The notes under the pieces are model-generated. The model was not told the origin of the DNA, searched no databases, and saw only the letters and a program-made list of their open reading frames with translations. Below, in pieces: positions 8,622 to 17,936 of a DNA stretch of 27,548 nt. Each line of letters opens with the position of its first letter. The stretch's first letter is position 1. The DNA is from an uncultured archaeon. GTDB lineage: Archaea; Asgardarchaeota; Lokiarchaeia; Sigyniarchaeales; SOKP01. The position numbers and the translations under genes were made by a program. The stretch is taken from positions 1 to 27,548 of the forward strand of contig CAZOYD010000047.1 of NCBI GenBank assembly GCA_964583985.1, given 5' to 3'.

Positions 8622-9878
8622 ATGCTACGTGTAGGAATCATTGGGACAGGGGATATTGCTAATTTAAATGTACAGGGTTATATGCATTCTCAAGAAGCTG
8701 AACTAGTTGCTGTGAGTGATATTGATATATCGAATGCTGGAGAAAAGTTAGAAAGATGGGGGCTTCGATCTTTAAAAATATATACTGATTTTAAAAAAAT
8801 GATAGACCATGAAGATTTAGATATCATTGAAATCCTTACTCCTCATCACCTTCATTATCCAATGACAGAATATGCAGCTAAAGCAGGAATACCGGGAATT
8901 TCTGTACAAAAACCAATGGCTCACAATATTTCCGATTGTGAAAAAATGATTAAAATCTGTGAAGAAAATAGCGTAAAGTTAAAACTCTTTGAAAATTTTC
9001 GATTTTATCCTCTGTATCTTAAAGCTAAAGAGCTATTAGACAACGGAATTATTGGGGAACCATTGAATTTTCGAATTGTGAACATTTTAACGGGAGGACC
9101 TAGCATGAATAATATTAAAGGTTTTCAATGGAGAACTAATATAGAGATGTGTGGCGGAGGTCCCGAAGTTTTTGATGATGGTCAGCATAAAATGTCAATG
9201 GCTTTATGGCTTATGGATGAAGAAAGGGTTGATCAAGTCTACGGTTGGATAAATTATTTCACGGGTGTCATTGACGCTCCCGCGAATATTATTTGGAAAT
9301 ATCCGCAGAGAGATTCTGAAAAACCTCCCAAATTTGGTACAATGGAATTTACATTTGCAACGAACTTATATTTTCCATCAAATTATTATGGCATCGATGA
9401 ATTTATCGAAATTTCAGGGACAAAAGGAATAATCTGGATAAACCAATGCACATCTGGTGGAAATTTCTTGTCAAAAACACCTCAATATCCACCAATAGTC
9501 GTATTTTCCGATGGAGAAGTCTCAACTTATGGAAATGATTTACCGAGAGATTGGAGATATTCCTTTATTAATTCTACCGAACATTTTATACAAGTGATGA
9601 AAACGGGGAAAGGTGAACCAATTTATAATGGCGACCAGGGAAAAAATCTCTGTATTTTTGGTAAAATGCCTTATATTTCAAATCAAGAGAGTAGAATTGT
9701 TAAATGGGATGAATTTACAGCTGAAAGTGAGGAAAAAGGAGATTGCATTATTGAAGCTCCTTCTTTATCCCTAGGACGTGGTATGTCTAAATACTACATG
9801 AGGAAAAAGAAGGATTTAAATAAAGGAATAGAAGAAGGATTGAAAATAACGAATTTTAAATATGATTATGAGATATGA
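8622..9878 (+). CDS. Gfo/Idh/MocA family NAD(P)-dependent oxidoreductase
   Basis: MLRVGIIGTGDIA Rossmann motif, ILTPHHLH, SVQKPMA (variant of EKP), ENFRFYP and GGG.VFDDGQH. Confidence 0.88.
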   Translation: MLRVGIIGTGDIANLNVQGYMHSQEAELVAVSDIDISNAGEKLERWGLRSLKIYTDFKKMIDHEDLDIIEILTPHHLHYPMTEYAAKAGIPGISVQKPMAHNISDCEKMIKICEENSVKLKLFENFRFYPLYLKAKELLDNGIIGEPLNFRIVNILTGGPSMNNIKGFQWRTNIEMCGGGPEVFDDGQHKMSMALWLMDEERVDQVYGWINYFTGVIDAPANIIWKYPQRDSEKPPKFGTMEFTFATNLYFPSNYYGIDEFIEISGTKGIIWINQCTSGGNFLSKTPQYPPIVVFSDGEVSTYGNDLPRDWRYSFINSTEHFIQVMKTGKGEPIYNGDQGKNLCIFGKMPYISNQESRIVKWDEFTAESEEKGDCIIEAPSLSLGRGMSKYYMRKKKDLNKGIEEGLKITNFKYDYEI

Positions 9879-9912
9879 TTAGATTACACACCCTATTAGA
9901 TTCCATTTTTCA

Positions 9913-11019
9913 CTAAGATAAATCTGATAAGAAAATTTCTTTTCCAAGTTCGCTCGAGTTAATTGCTGCTAAATTAAATTTTAACACATTTCTAGCTTGT
10001 TCCCCAGAAAGAATGGGTGTTTTTCCATTTTTTACTACTTCAATGAAATATTTTGTTGCATTAATAAATGATTTATTCCAATCCTTTTCAAATTCAGTAA
10101 TAGTTTCCACTTTTCCATCTCTTACTATTACAATTGGAGCAAAGACTTCAGAACTTGACATTTTATTTCCCATAGATGTTCCTTGATTGATTTTCATTAA
10201 TCCACGACTCGCGATTATTTCAATAAACTCATCTGTGGGATAATATTTTGAGCGAATTTTCATTTCGGGTAATAGAGCAAATTCCATATTACCATATTTT
10301 GGGACTAAGTGTTCTTCTTTTTCTTTACATTTCCACATTACATAAGCTGGGACATCGATTCCTGAATATCTATCTGTCCAAGCAAAAACTTTCTCAATTT
10401 CTTCGTTGAAAATCCAGTATCCTAATGCAAAAGCGTGCCATCCGTTATCAAACAGTATGGGGGATCCATTTTTTGAACCTCCAATCTGACTTGGGTCACT
10501 TCTCCAAGTATTAGCACTTTTCGGTATTTCCCACCCTCCTTTTGTTCCGATTGCAACCTTGATTCTGATAGATGATATGTCCCCTATGTAATCTTCATCT
10601 AATAATGCTTTTGCTTTCATTATATGTGGTGCAAAGAAAAAATTTTCATATACAGATAATATTGAACCCGATTTTGAACAATCTTCTATCATTTTATCCG
10701 CTTCTTCTAATGTTAGAGCCATAGGCTTTTGTACTGAGATAGCTTTTATACCCTTCTTTGCGGCGTATGAAGTTACCTCTGCATGAAGGTGGTGAGGTAG
10801 CAAGATTTCAACAACATCTAGATTCTCCTTATCTAACATTTCCTTATAGTCAGAATAAATCGGAATATTTTCATCTAATTTGAACTTTTGAATTTTTTGT
10901 CTAGCTTTTTCTTTTGTTCTATTGCATAAAGCAACAACTTTAGCATCCGCATTGTTCAGATACCCAAGAATGTGTAAATCAAAGATTACTCCAGTTCCTA
11001 TGATCCCAACATTTAGCAT
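9913..11019 (-). CDS. Gfo/Idh/MocA family NAD(P)-dependent oxidoreductase (paralog of 8622..9878)
   Basis: MLNVGIIGTG, ILLPHHLH, SVQKPMA, ENFFFAP and LFDNGWH. Confidence 0.88.
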   Translation of the reverse strand: MLNVGIIGTGVIFDLHILGYLNNADAKVVALCNRTKEKARQKIQKFKLDENIPIYSDYKEMLDKENLDVVEILLPHHLHAEVTSYAAKKGIKAISVQKPMALTLEEADKMIEDCSKSGSILSVYENFFFAPHIMKAKALLDEDYIGDISSIRIKVAIGTKGGWEIPKSANTWRSDPSQIGGSKNGSPILFDNGWHAFALGYWIFNEEIEKVFAWTDRYSGIDVPAYVMWKCKEKEEHLVPKYGNMEFALLPEMKIRSKYYPTDEFIEIIASRGLMKINQGTSMGNKMSSSEVFAPIVIVRDGKVETITEFEKDWNKSFINATKYFIEVVKNGKTPILSGEQARNVLKFNLAAINSSELGKEIFLSDLS

Positions 11020-11085
11020 GAGAATTAAAATTATTAATAAAATATAACAACTATGGTTCTTTAATATTTAAAAATACGGAATTTG

Positions 11086-11171
11086 ATTAGAAGTATAGTG
11101 TGCAAATGTTTTGATACTTAACAGATTTAATTAAATATAAAAACAGAGATTTTATATTAGAAGTATGGTGT
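11086..11171. repeat. 16-bp direct repeat (1 mismatch), copies 70 nt apart, in a divergent promoter region
   Basis: ATTAGAAGTATAGTGT (11086-11101) and ATTAGAAGTATGGTGT (11156-11171). Confidence 0.7.
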
Positions 11172-11177
11172 TTTTCA

Positions 11178-12836
11178 TTGAATAATGATTTAGACGCTAG
11201 AAAAGCATATGAAAGAGCATTATATCATGGTTGTGGGTTTTCAAATGAAGCCTTAACGAGACTAAAGATAGCTATTGTAAATTCTTGGAGCGAAATAAAC
11301 CCAGGACATATACATTTACGTGACTTAGCAAGTATTATAAAGGAAAGCATTAAAGAGAAGGGAGCAACGCCTATGGAATTCAATACAATAGGAGCTTGTG
11401 ATGGTATTGCTAATTCTGGAAATAATTCTAAATATATTTTGCCTACTCGAGAAATTATTGCTAATTCTATTGAATGTATCATTAAGGCATATAATTTTGA
11501 TGGAATGGTAATGCTCTGTTCGTGCGATAAAATTATTCCAGGAATGTTATTAGCAGCTGCAAGATGTAATATTCCTACTATCTTTGTAACTGGTGGTGTT
11601 ATGGAACCCAAACATTTTAATGAGGGTCCATTAAAAGGAAGAACTTTTGTTACTTCCGATATTAAAGAAGCAATTGGTGAATACCAAATCGGTAAATTAA
11701 CTGAAGAGGAATTTAGATTAATTGGAGAAGAGACATGTTGTACACCAGGAGCGTGCAATATGATGGGAACTGCCAATACGATGGCTTGTATTGTGGAAGC
11801 AATGGGTCTTTCATTACCAGATTGTGCAACTATGAGTGCGATAAGTGAAGAAAGAAAATCGCTATGCAAGGAATCTGGAAAATGCATTGTAGAGTTGGTA
11901 CAAAAAAAAATTAAAGCGCTTGATTTGATAACTAGCAGATCGATAGAGAATGCTATCAAAGTAGCATTAGCCATAGGAGGTTCCACTAATATGATACTAC
12001 ATATGAGCGCCTTATCCCATGAGATAGGAGGAGATTTAAATCATTTCGATTTTGATGAATTAAGTAAAGCAACTCCTTTATTGGGAAAATTTAAACCAGC
12101 ATCTGAATATAACATCTCAGATTTTTATGAAGCTGGCGGTATAAAAGTCTTGATGAAAAAAATGGCTAAATTATTGGATTTAACAACAAACTCTGTTGTA
12201 GGATTAAATCTTAAAGACTATTTAGATTTAATTTCAATCGAAGATCATCAAATAATACGAAATTTGGATGATCCTTTGAGTCAAGAGGGGGGAATTGCGG
12301 TTCTACGAGGTAATTTAGCACCAGAGGGAGCTATAATAAAACAAAGTGCGGTAAATAAAGAGATGAGATCGCATAAGGGACCTGCGAAGGTGTTTAATTG
12401 CGAGGAAGATGTCAAGGAAGCTTTATTTTCTGGAAACGTCACGGAAGGTGATGTTTTAATTATAAGATACGAAGGTCCTAAAGGATCACCTGGTATGCCA
12501 GAATTATCTATTCCTGCTGCTGTTTTGATTGGTATGGGTTTAGGAAATAGTGTAGCAATGATAACTGATGGAAGATATTCTGGTGCTACTAGAGGACCTT
12601 GTATTGGACATGTTTGTCCTGAAGCTTATGAAGGTGGACCAATAGCAATTGTTAAAGACGGAGATATTATAGAAATTGATATTGATAGTCGTAAGTTAAA
12701 TATCCTAATCGATGAAAATGAAATAAAAAGCAGATTTAAGGATTGGAAAAGACCCAATCAAGAAATAATATCTGGTTATTTACATACCTATAGAAAAATA
12801 GTGACCTCCGCGAAATATGGAGCTTATTTAGAATAA
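11178..12836 (+). CDS. ilvD: Dihydroxy-acid dehydratase (IlvD/Edd family)
   Basis: [70 protein letters not shown] and [11 protein letters not shown] start with GGTG upstream. The substrate (BCAA intermediate or sugar acid) cannot be determined from sequence alone. Confidence 0.88.
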   Translation: MNNDLDARKAYERALYHGCGFSNEALTRLKIAIVNSWSEINPGHIHLRDLASIIKESIKEKGATPMEFNTIGACDGIANSGNNSKYILPTREIIANSIECIIKAYNFDGMVMLCSCDKIIPGMLLAAARCNIPTIFVTGGVMEPKHFNEGPLKGRTFVTSDIKEAIGEYQIGKLTEEEFRLIGEETCCTPGACNMMGTANTMACIVEAMGLSLPDCATMSAISEERKSLCKESGKCIVELVQKKIKALDLITSRSIENAIKVALAIGGSTNMILHMSALSHEIGGDLNHFDFDELSKATPLLGKFKPASEYNISDFYEAGGIKVLMKKMAKLLDLTTNSVVGLNLKDYLDLISIEDHQIIRNLDDPLSQEGGIAVLRGNLAPEGAIIKQSAVNKEMRSHKGPAKVFNCEEDVKEALFSGNVTEGDVLIIRYEGPKGSPGMPELSIPAAVLIGMGLGNSVAMITDGRYSGATRGPCIGHVCPEAYEGGPIAIVKDGDIIEIDIDSRKLNILIDENEIKSRFKDWKRPNQEIISGYLHTYRKIVTSAKYGAYLE

Positions 12837-12838
12837 TA

Positions 12839-14038
12839 TTGGATTCTGTGATTAAAATGATTAGTGAAGAACGTATTAAAGAAAATTTAGAATTGTTTTC
12901 ATTTCCTAGATTATCAGGGACGAACGGTGAAAAAAAAGCCATGCTGCTAGCGGTTCAAAAAGTTGAAGATTTGAATCTTAACCCATTAATTCAAGATTTC
13001 ATCTTTAGTACTTTCTATGGAAGAACATACCCAAAAATAGCTTTTTCGCTGGGATGTATGGTATTATTTCTATTCTATCTCAATTTTGAAGCATTTATTA
13101 CATCTCTTTTATTAGTGATTGCATTTATAATTTTAGGAATATTATTCATTCTTACTAGAAAGCCGGAATCCATAAATTTGCCTAGGAAATTTAACTCTAG
13201 TAACCTTTATGTTCAATTAGGTCTTCAAACCAAGAATAGTAAGCCAGAATTTATTAAAAATACTATAAATGATAAAGAAAAATATGTCATGTTTTTGTGT
13301 CATTTAGATTCTAAAGGGCAGAGATTCTCAATTCTTGCTCGTGTAAGAATTATAAGAACATGGGTATTCTCAGGATTAGTGTTAACAATTATTATTATTT
13401 TTAAAAATTATATTTTTTCTCCATTTTCCTTACTGTTTTATATCATAGGATCCTTTCCTACGGCTTTAATCATCGTTTCTACATTACTTATTATCTTAAA
13501 TACGACTAACAACGAATCCAATGGGGCAATTGATAATGCTTCGGGTATTGCGTGCATATTTGAATTGCTTACATATTTTTCAAATCCAAATTCTAGATTA
13601 AAGCATTTTAATTTATTATTTATATTTACGGGAGTAGAAGAATGTGGAACTATGGGAATTAGAAATTTTTTTAAAAAGGTTTCGAACGTTAATAGAGATA
13701 AGTCAATTATATTCAATTTTGATTCCGTTGCTAAAAATACTTACATATTTCCAGGTAAAAAGATGAATGAACAAATCTATACTATTTTTAACATGTTTTT
13801 AAAGAATAACAACAAATTAAAAATAAAAAGAAATCCCAAAAGATTTTACTTTGGATCTCATTCTGATGGATATTATTTAAAAAAGAAAGGATTTCATGGA
13901 TTTGGATTTGCTGACATGGAATCATATGAGTTTATTCATTCAATTCATGATACTGTAGATAAAGTAAATAGCTCTTTGTTAAAGAGATTGTGTGAAATGA
14001 TCATCGATAGTTTAATAGCATTTGATAACCAAATTTAA
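12839..14038 (+). CDS. Membrane-embedded M28 family Zn-metallopeptidase
   Basis: PRLSGT, CHLDS, GAIDNASG, FTGVEECG, NFDSV, HSD and IHSIHD motifs, with two pairs of hydrophobic helices inserted. Alternative ATG start at 12857. Confidence 0.8.
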   Translation: MDSVIKMISEERIKENLELFSFPRLSGTNGEKKAMLLAVQKVEDLNLNPLIQDFIFSTFYGRTYPKIAFSLGCMVLFLFYLNFEAFITSLLLVIAFIILGILFILTRKPESINLPRKFNSSNLYVQLGLQTKNSKPEFIKNTINDKEKYVMFLCHLDSKGQRFSILARVRIIRTWVFSGLVLTIIIIFKNYIFSPFSLLFYIIGSFPTALIIVSTLLIILNTTNNESNGAIDNASGIACIFELLTYFSNPNSRLKHFNLLFIFTGVEECGTMGIRNFFKKVSNVNRDKSIIFNFDSVAKNTYIFPGKKMNEQIYTIFNMFLKNNNKLKIKRNPKRFYFGSHSDGYYLKKKGFHGFGFADMESYEFIHSIHDTVDKVNSSLLKRLCEMIIDSLIAFDNQI

Positions 14039-14080
14039 TTTAGTATATAATTTTAAAAACGTATGGCAATTGATCTTTAG

Positions 14081-15613
14081 ATGGATAAAGAATTAGGGGC
14101 TGTTTTTACACCCCCCAAAACTGCTGAATATATAATATCTAGATTGGGAAAAATAAAAGAAACTCATAAAATTTTAGATCCATGTGTAGGTCCGGGAGTT
14201 TTTGTTAAATCTCTAATAAAGGCAGGGGTAAATAGATCCCAGATTTTTTGTCATGACATAAATCCAGATTATAAAAAGATTATCGAAGATTTAGGTGTAG
14301 ACTTTAAAACTGCAGATAATTTACTCTCCTTTAATTCAGAAAGTAAAAATCAGTATAATTTTATCGTTGGTAATCCACCATACTTGAATAAGGCAAGTAA
14401 TTACGTTAAGCAAAATCGAAATGAACTAAAAAAAATTTATGGTAAGATAAATGCTCACGAAGCTTATTCAATGTTTATTGTAAATGCCATTTGGCGTTTA
14501 AAAGAAGGAGGGAAATTGGGATTTATAACAAGTGATTCTTTTTTGACATTGAGCACTCATAAAAAGCTTAGGAAATTTATTCTTGAAAATTGCATAATTA
14601 ATGAAATTTTGCTAGCGCCTATTAATTTATTTGACAATCAAAATGTAAATACTAATCCAGTTATCATAATTTTAACCAAATGCACGGGTTCAGAAAATAA
14701 AGAAGAAAGAAAGAATAATGTGATGAGAATTATTTCTCGAGTAGAAAATGAAAGAGATTACATTATTCCACCCTTTGAATGTCAAATTACACAAAAAAAA
14801 TATCATAGCTTACCTTTTAGTATATTTCACATTAACGTTGAAGAACAAGTCATAAATCTATTTGAAAAAGCTCCAAAGATGATGCATTATTTACAAGGAT
14901 ATATAGGAATGCATACTCATGATAACAGGAAATATATCGCCGCAATTAAAGGAAGTGACTTAGCTAAGATATTTATCAAAAAGAACGAAAAAATTCATGA
15001 AAAAGATAAAAAATATTCAATAATATCAGAAGAGACACTTAGTTCAAATAATTGGCGCCCCTATTTAAAACGTGGGGGAGGGGATCAATATTTTCGCCCT
15101 ATAATCGAAGCATTGAAATGGGAAGAGGAATCGATAAAAATTTATGATATCCCTTCAAATGTACCATTCTTAGAGGAGGGAATAGTGATAAGTGGTATAA
15201 GTTCGCGACTTGCTGCTCGATACATGCCTAAAGGTTGTTATTGGGACTCGAATAAAGCCATAGGATTTATAATCAAGGATAAAATGATTTCAATTGAGTA
15301 CATGTTAGGAATTCTTAATAGTTCTCTATATAATTATTTAGCTAAGGGAATCATAAATAATACTAATAGCATACAAATTACAGGAATACACGCTTTACCT
15401 TTTATTATTCCAACCCCAAACATTAAAGGTAAGATCGAGAAGATAGTGCGGCACATTATAAGTGAAAAAATGAAAAATCAAGAATACAATTATATTTTAG
15501 AACAAAAAAAAATTGATAATCTGATATTCAATTTTTATTCAAGCCAGTTTAACTTTCCCGCAGAATTAAAAGAAAAACTTGATAAAAAATATTCAATTTA
15601 CTCAATTGTGTGA
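14081..15613 (+). CDS. N6-adenine DNA methyltransferase (TaqI/Eco57I-like gamma class), no adjacent endonuclease
   Basis: Motif X LGAVFTP, motif I ILDPCVGPG, motif IV IVGNPPY and LKEGGKLGFIT, plus TaqI-C-like WRPYLKRG...YMLGILNS. Confidence 0.85.
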   Translation: MDKELGAVFTPPKTAEYIISRLGKIKETHKILDPCVGPGVFVKSLIKAGVNRSQIFCHDINPDYKKIIEDLGVDFKTADNLLSFNSESKNQYNFIVGNPPYLNKASNYVKQNRNELKKIYGKINAHEAYSMFIVNAIWRLKEGGKLGFITSDSFLTLSTHKKLRKFILENCIINEILLAPINLFDNQNVNTNPVIIILTKCTGSENKEERKNNVMRIISRVENERDYIIPPFECQITQKKYHSLPFSIFHINVEEQVINLFEKAPKMMHYLQGYIGMHTHDNRKYIAAIKGSDLAKIFIKKNEKIHEKDKKYSIISEETLSSNNWRPYLKRGGGDQYFRPIIEALKWEEESIKIYDIPSNVPFLEEGIVISGISSRLAARYMPKGCYWDSNKAIGFIIKDKMISIEYMLGILNSSLYNYLAKGIINNTNSIQITGIHALPFIIPTPNIKGKIEKIVRHIISEKMKNQEYNYILEQKKIDNLIFNFYSSQFNFPAELKEKLDKKYSIYSIV

Positions 15614-15617
15614 TTAG

Positions 15618-16472
15618 ATGGAGATTATAGCTAAGCTTAAAGCATTGGAAACTTCAGATAAGAATTCGATTACCATTGAAGAAATAAAAAAAGCTTTCAC
15701 ATTGTTTTGCTGTCTCATTAATGAGAATCAGAAGATTCAAGAATATGTTAAAGAAAAAGATCTTTCAATTTTGATGCTTTTAAAAGACGTGGGACCCTTT
15801 TTTCTAACAATTCAAGATGGTTTTGCTGAATATGGAATTGGGACCATCACTAATTATGATTTTTCACTAATTTCCAATACTGACGTCATCTTCAAATTGT
15901 TAATAGGTGAATTGACGGACCCTATTGAAGCTTATTTTTCTGAATTATTTCTTGTTAAAGGAGATTTATATTACATGATCGAGTTTTTTGAAATAATAGA
16001 ATTCATAATTATCAATTATCTAAAAGAAATGAATAGTAAGGTTAGCTTAATAATTGATTCTAACTCCTTAAAAAAGCTTTTTGATATATATGCAAGAGGT
16101 CTTTCTGTTTTAGAGCCAATTCATATTCCGTTATTTTTTGAAATATTGACTGCTTTTGCGAATAACAATGCTAAAGCTAAAAAATTGATAAGTAAAGAAG
16201 ATCTTATTATTCAAATGAATATTGTAAATGTAGGTAAATATTTCATACGGATTTTGGATCAAAAGTTTGGTTGGGCGATCGGTGAAGCTCGCAATCCAAA
16301 TCTTAGGTTTGAAATGGGATATAAAACCTTGGCAGAAGTCATTTTTGAAACAAATCCAATAAATGCATTTATGAGAGGGGAGATTAAAGTGGAGGCCAAG
16401 GAGAATGATATATTTAAAGTTTTAATACTTAAAGATTTAACAGATTTGTTATTCAAGTTTCTAAATTTGTAA
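15618..16472 (+). CDS. Protein with two tandem SCP2-like domains
   Basis: Two similar halves: N.N.K.Q....EKDL.I.M...DVG.F...I.DG......G......F.....TDPIEAYFS..F.VKGD and NNN.KA......EDL.IQM...NVG.Y...I.D.......GE...P..R.....NPINAFMRGEIKV. Confidence 0.7.
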   Translation: MEIIAKLKALETSDKNSITIEEIKKAFTLFCCLINENQKIQEYVKEKDLSILMLLKDVGPFFLTIQDGFAEYGIGTITNYDFSLISNTDVIFKLLIGELTDPIEAYFSELFLVKGDLYYMIEFFEIIEFIIINYLKEMNSKVSLIIDSNSLKKLFDIYARGLSVLEPIHIPLFFEILTAFANNNAKAKKLISKEDLIIQMNIVNVGKYFIRILDQKFGWAIGEARNPNLRFEMGYKTLAEVIFETNPINAFMRGEIKVEAKENDIFKVLILKDLTDLLFKFLNL

Positions 16473-16482
16473 GATCGCCTGC

Positions 16483-17769
16483 TTAACAGTTAAGATATCT
16501 TGTTAATTGCCATTTTTGTTTCTCTCCGGATGTTTTAGCTTCTTCATATTCAGATAATTCCTTATATTTTAATGAAAGATATTTTTTGATGCACTGTTCA
16601 CCTAAAACTTTTAATATCACTTTATTTTTCTCACAAGCCTCGAGTGATTCTTTGAGATTCTTTGGCATTTGCTTAATTCCTAGTTCCTCTCGTTCTTTTT
16701 GGGTAAGGTTGTCTGAATTTTTCGAAGTCGGAATATTAGGTTCAATTTTATGCTTAATGCCATCCATTCCAGCAGCAAGTAAGACTGCAATTCCTAAATA
16801 GATATTCATACCAGAATCGCCTGCTCGATATTCAATCCTCGCAGTTTTTTCATATCCTGGAACTCTAATTAGGGCTGTTCTATTCCCAATGCCCCAAGAA
16901 GTAAAAACAGGTGCTTCGTGATTAGGTTTTAGTCTATCGTAAGAATTAATTAGGGGATTTAGAATGGCTGAGATAGCCATTACATTTTTTTGAATCCCTC
17001 CTACATAATAGCGAAGATTTTCACTAATTTGTTTCCCCTCTCCTGCAAATATGTTTTTTCCATCTTTCATTAGATATTGATGAATATGTAAACCGCTTCC
17101 AGCTTCTTCTATGAATGGTCTAGGCATAAAACTTGCTATCATATCGTTTTCATGAGCTCGTATTTTAATTAATGTTTTTGCTGTTTGAACATTATCCGCT
17201 TGAAATAGAGCAGGTTTCTCAATGAATTCAATTTCTTGCTGAGAGGGTCCTACCTCATGATGAATAGTTTTGATAGGGATTTTCGCTTCAATCAAATCGT
17301 CGCAGATTAATCGCCTTATTCCATGAAATTCATCTTTAGGTGGCATATCCATATAACTTCCTTTGTCTGCTGGACTCAAATCCTTAGTTATAAAGTACCA
17401 CTCTAATTCTGGTCGAACCAAAAAAAGAAAACCTTGAGATTTAACTTTTTCAAGTTGTCGTTTTAATATATGACGAGGACATGCATTATATGGCTTGCCA
17501 TCGTTATTATAGATATCACATATAAAACGTACTATTCTCTTATTATAAGGTAAAACGCTATAAGTACTTAAATCTGGTAATATTTTGAGATCGCTCTGTT
17601 CTATACCTAAGAAACCCAAGCTTGAGCCATCAATTCCCGTCCCTTCCTTCATGTCTTCCCAGATTAATGCTGGAAATTCTACTTCTTTAAATTCACCATT
17701 TAAATTAGTAAATTGGTATTGGATGTAATCAATTCTATCTTCTTTTAGTTTCTTTGGAATATCTAACAT
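16483..17769 (-). CDS. glnA: Glutamine synthetase type I family protein (GS or GS-like gamma-glutamyl ligase)
   Basis: IDGSS, PELE, HHEVGPSQQEIEF, SFMP.P....GSGLHIHQ, NSY.RL.P.HEAP, NRTALIRVP and RIEYR. Confidence 0.82.
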   Translation of the reverse strand: MLDIPKKLKEDRIDYIQYQFTNLNGEFKEVEFPALIWEDMKEGTGIDGSSLGFLGIEQSDLKILPDLSTYSVLPYNKRIVRFICDIYNNDGKPYNACPRHILKRQLEKVKSQGFLFLVRPELEWYFITKDLSPADKGSYMDMPPKDEFHGIRRLICDDLIEAKIPIKTIHHEVGPSQQEIEFIEKPALFQADNVQTAKTLIKIRAHENDMIASFMPRPFIEEAGSGLHIHQYLMKDGKNIFAGEGKQISENLRYYVGGIQKNVMAISAILNPLINSYDRLKPNHEAPVFTSWGIGNRTALIRVPGYEKTARIEYRAGDSGMNIYLGIAVLLAAGMDGIKHKIEPNIPTSKNSDNLTQKEREELGIKQMPKNLKESLEACEKNKVILKVLGEQCIKKYLSLKYKELSEYEEAKTSGEKQKWQLTRYLNC

Positions 17770-17821
17770 AATGTATATTAGAAAAAAGAGTTATAAGTTA
17801 GAATAAAAAGAAAATAATTAA

Positions 17822-17875
17822 AATTTTACCTCGCTATTAAAGAAAGAATATTCTTTTCAAGATTAGGTAAAAATT
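17822..17875. promoter_or_regulatory. Long imperfect inverted repeat upstream of glnA
   Basis: Outer arms TTTTACCT (17824-17831) and AGGTAAAA (17865-17872) flank the perfect 14-bp palindrome AAAGAATATTCTTT (17843-17856). Confidence 0.4.
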
Positions 17876-17936
17876 ATATTGTTCTATTTTAAGTTTAAAT
17901 AAATTAAATAATGAAATACTATAAACTAAATATGAA

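Noticed and set aside
11225-11986. 253-aa antisense ORF inside ilvD
   Set aside because: It lies entirely opposite a strongly conserved gene and has no recognisable motifs; a typical codon-bias shadow ORF.
2439-15613. Restriction-modification system, defence island or prophage around the two MTases
   Set aside because: No endonuclease, helicase, specificity subunit, integrase, transposase or att-like repeat was recognised, and the neighbours are metabolic genes.
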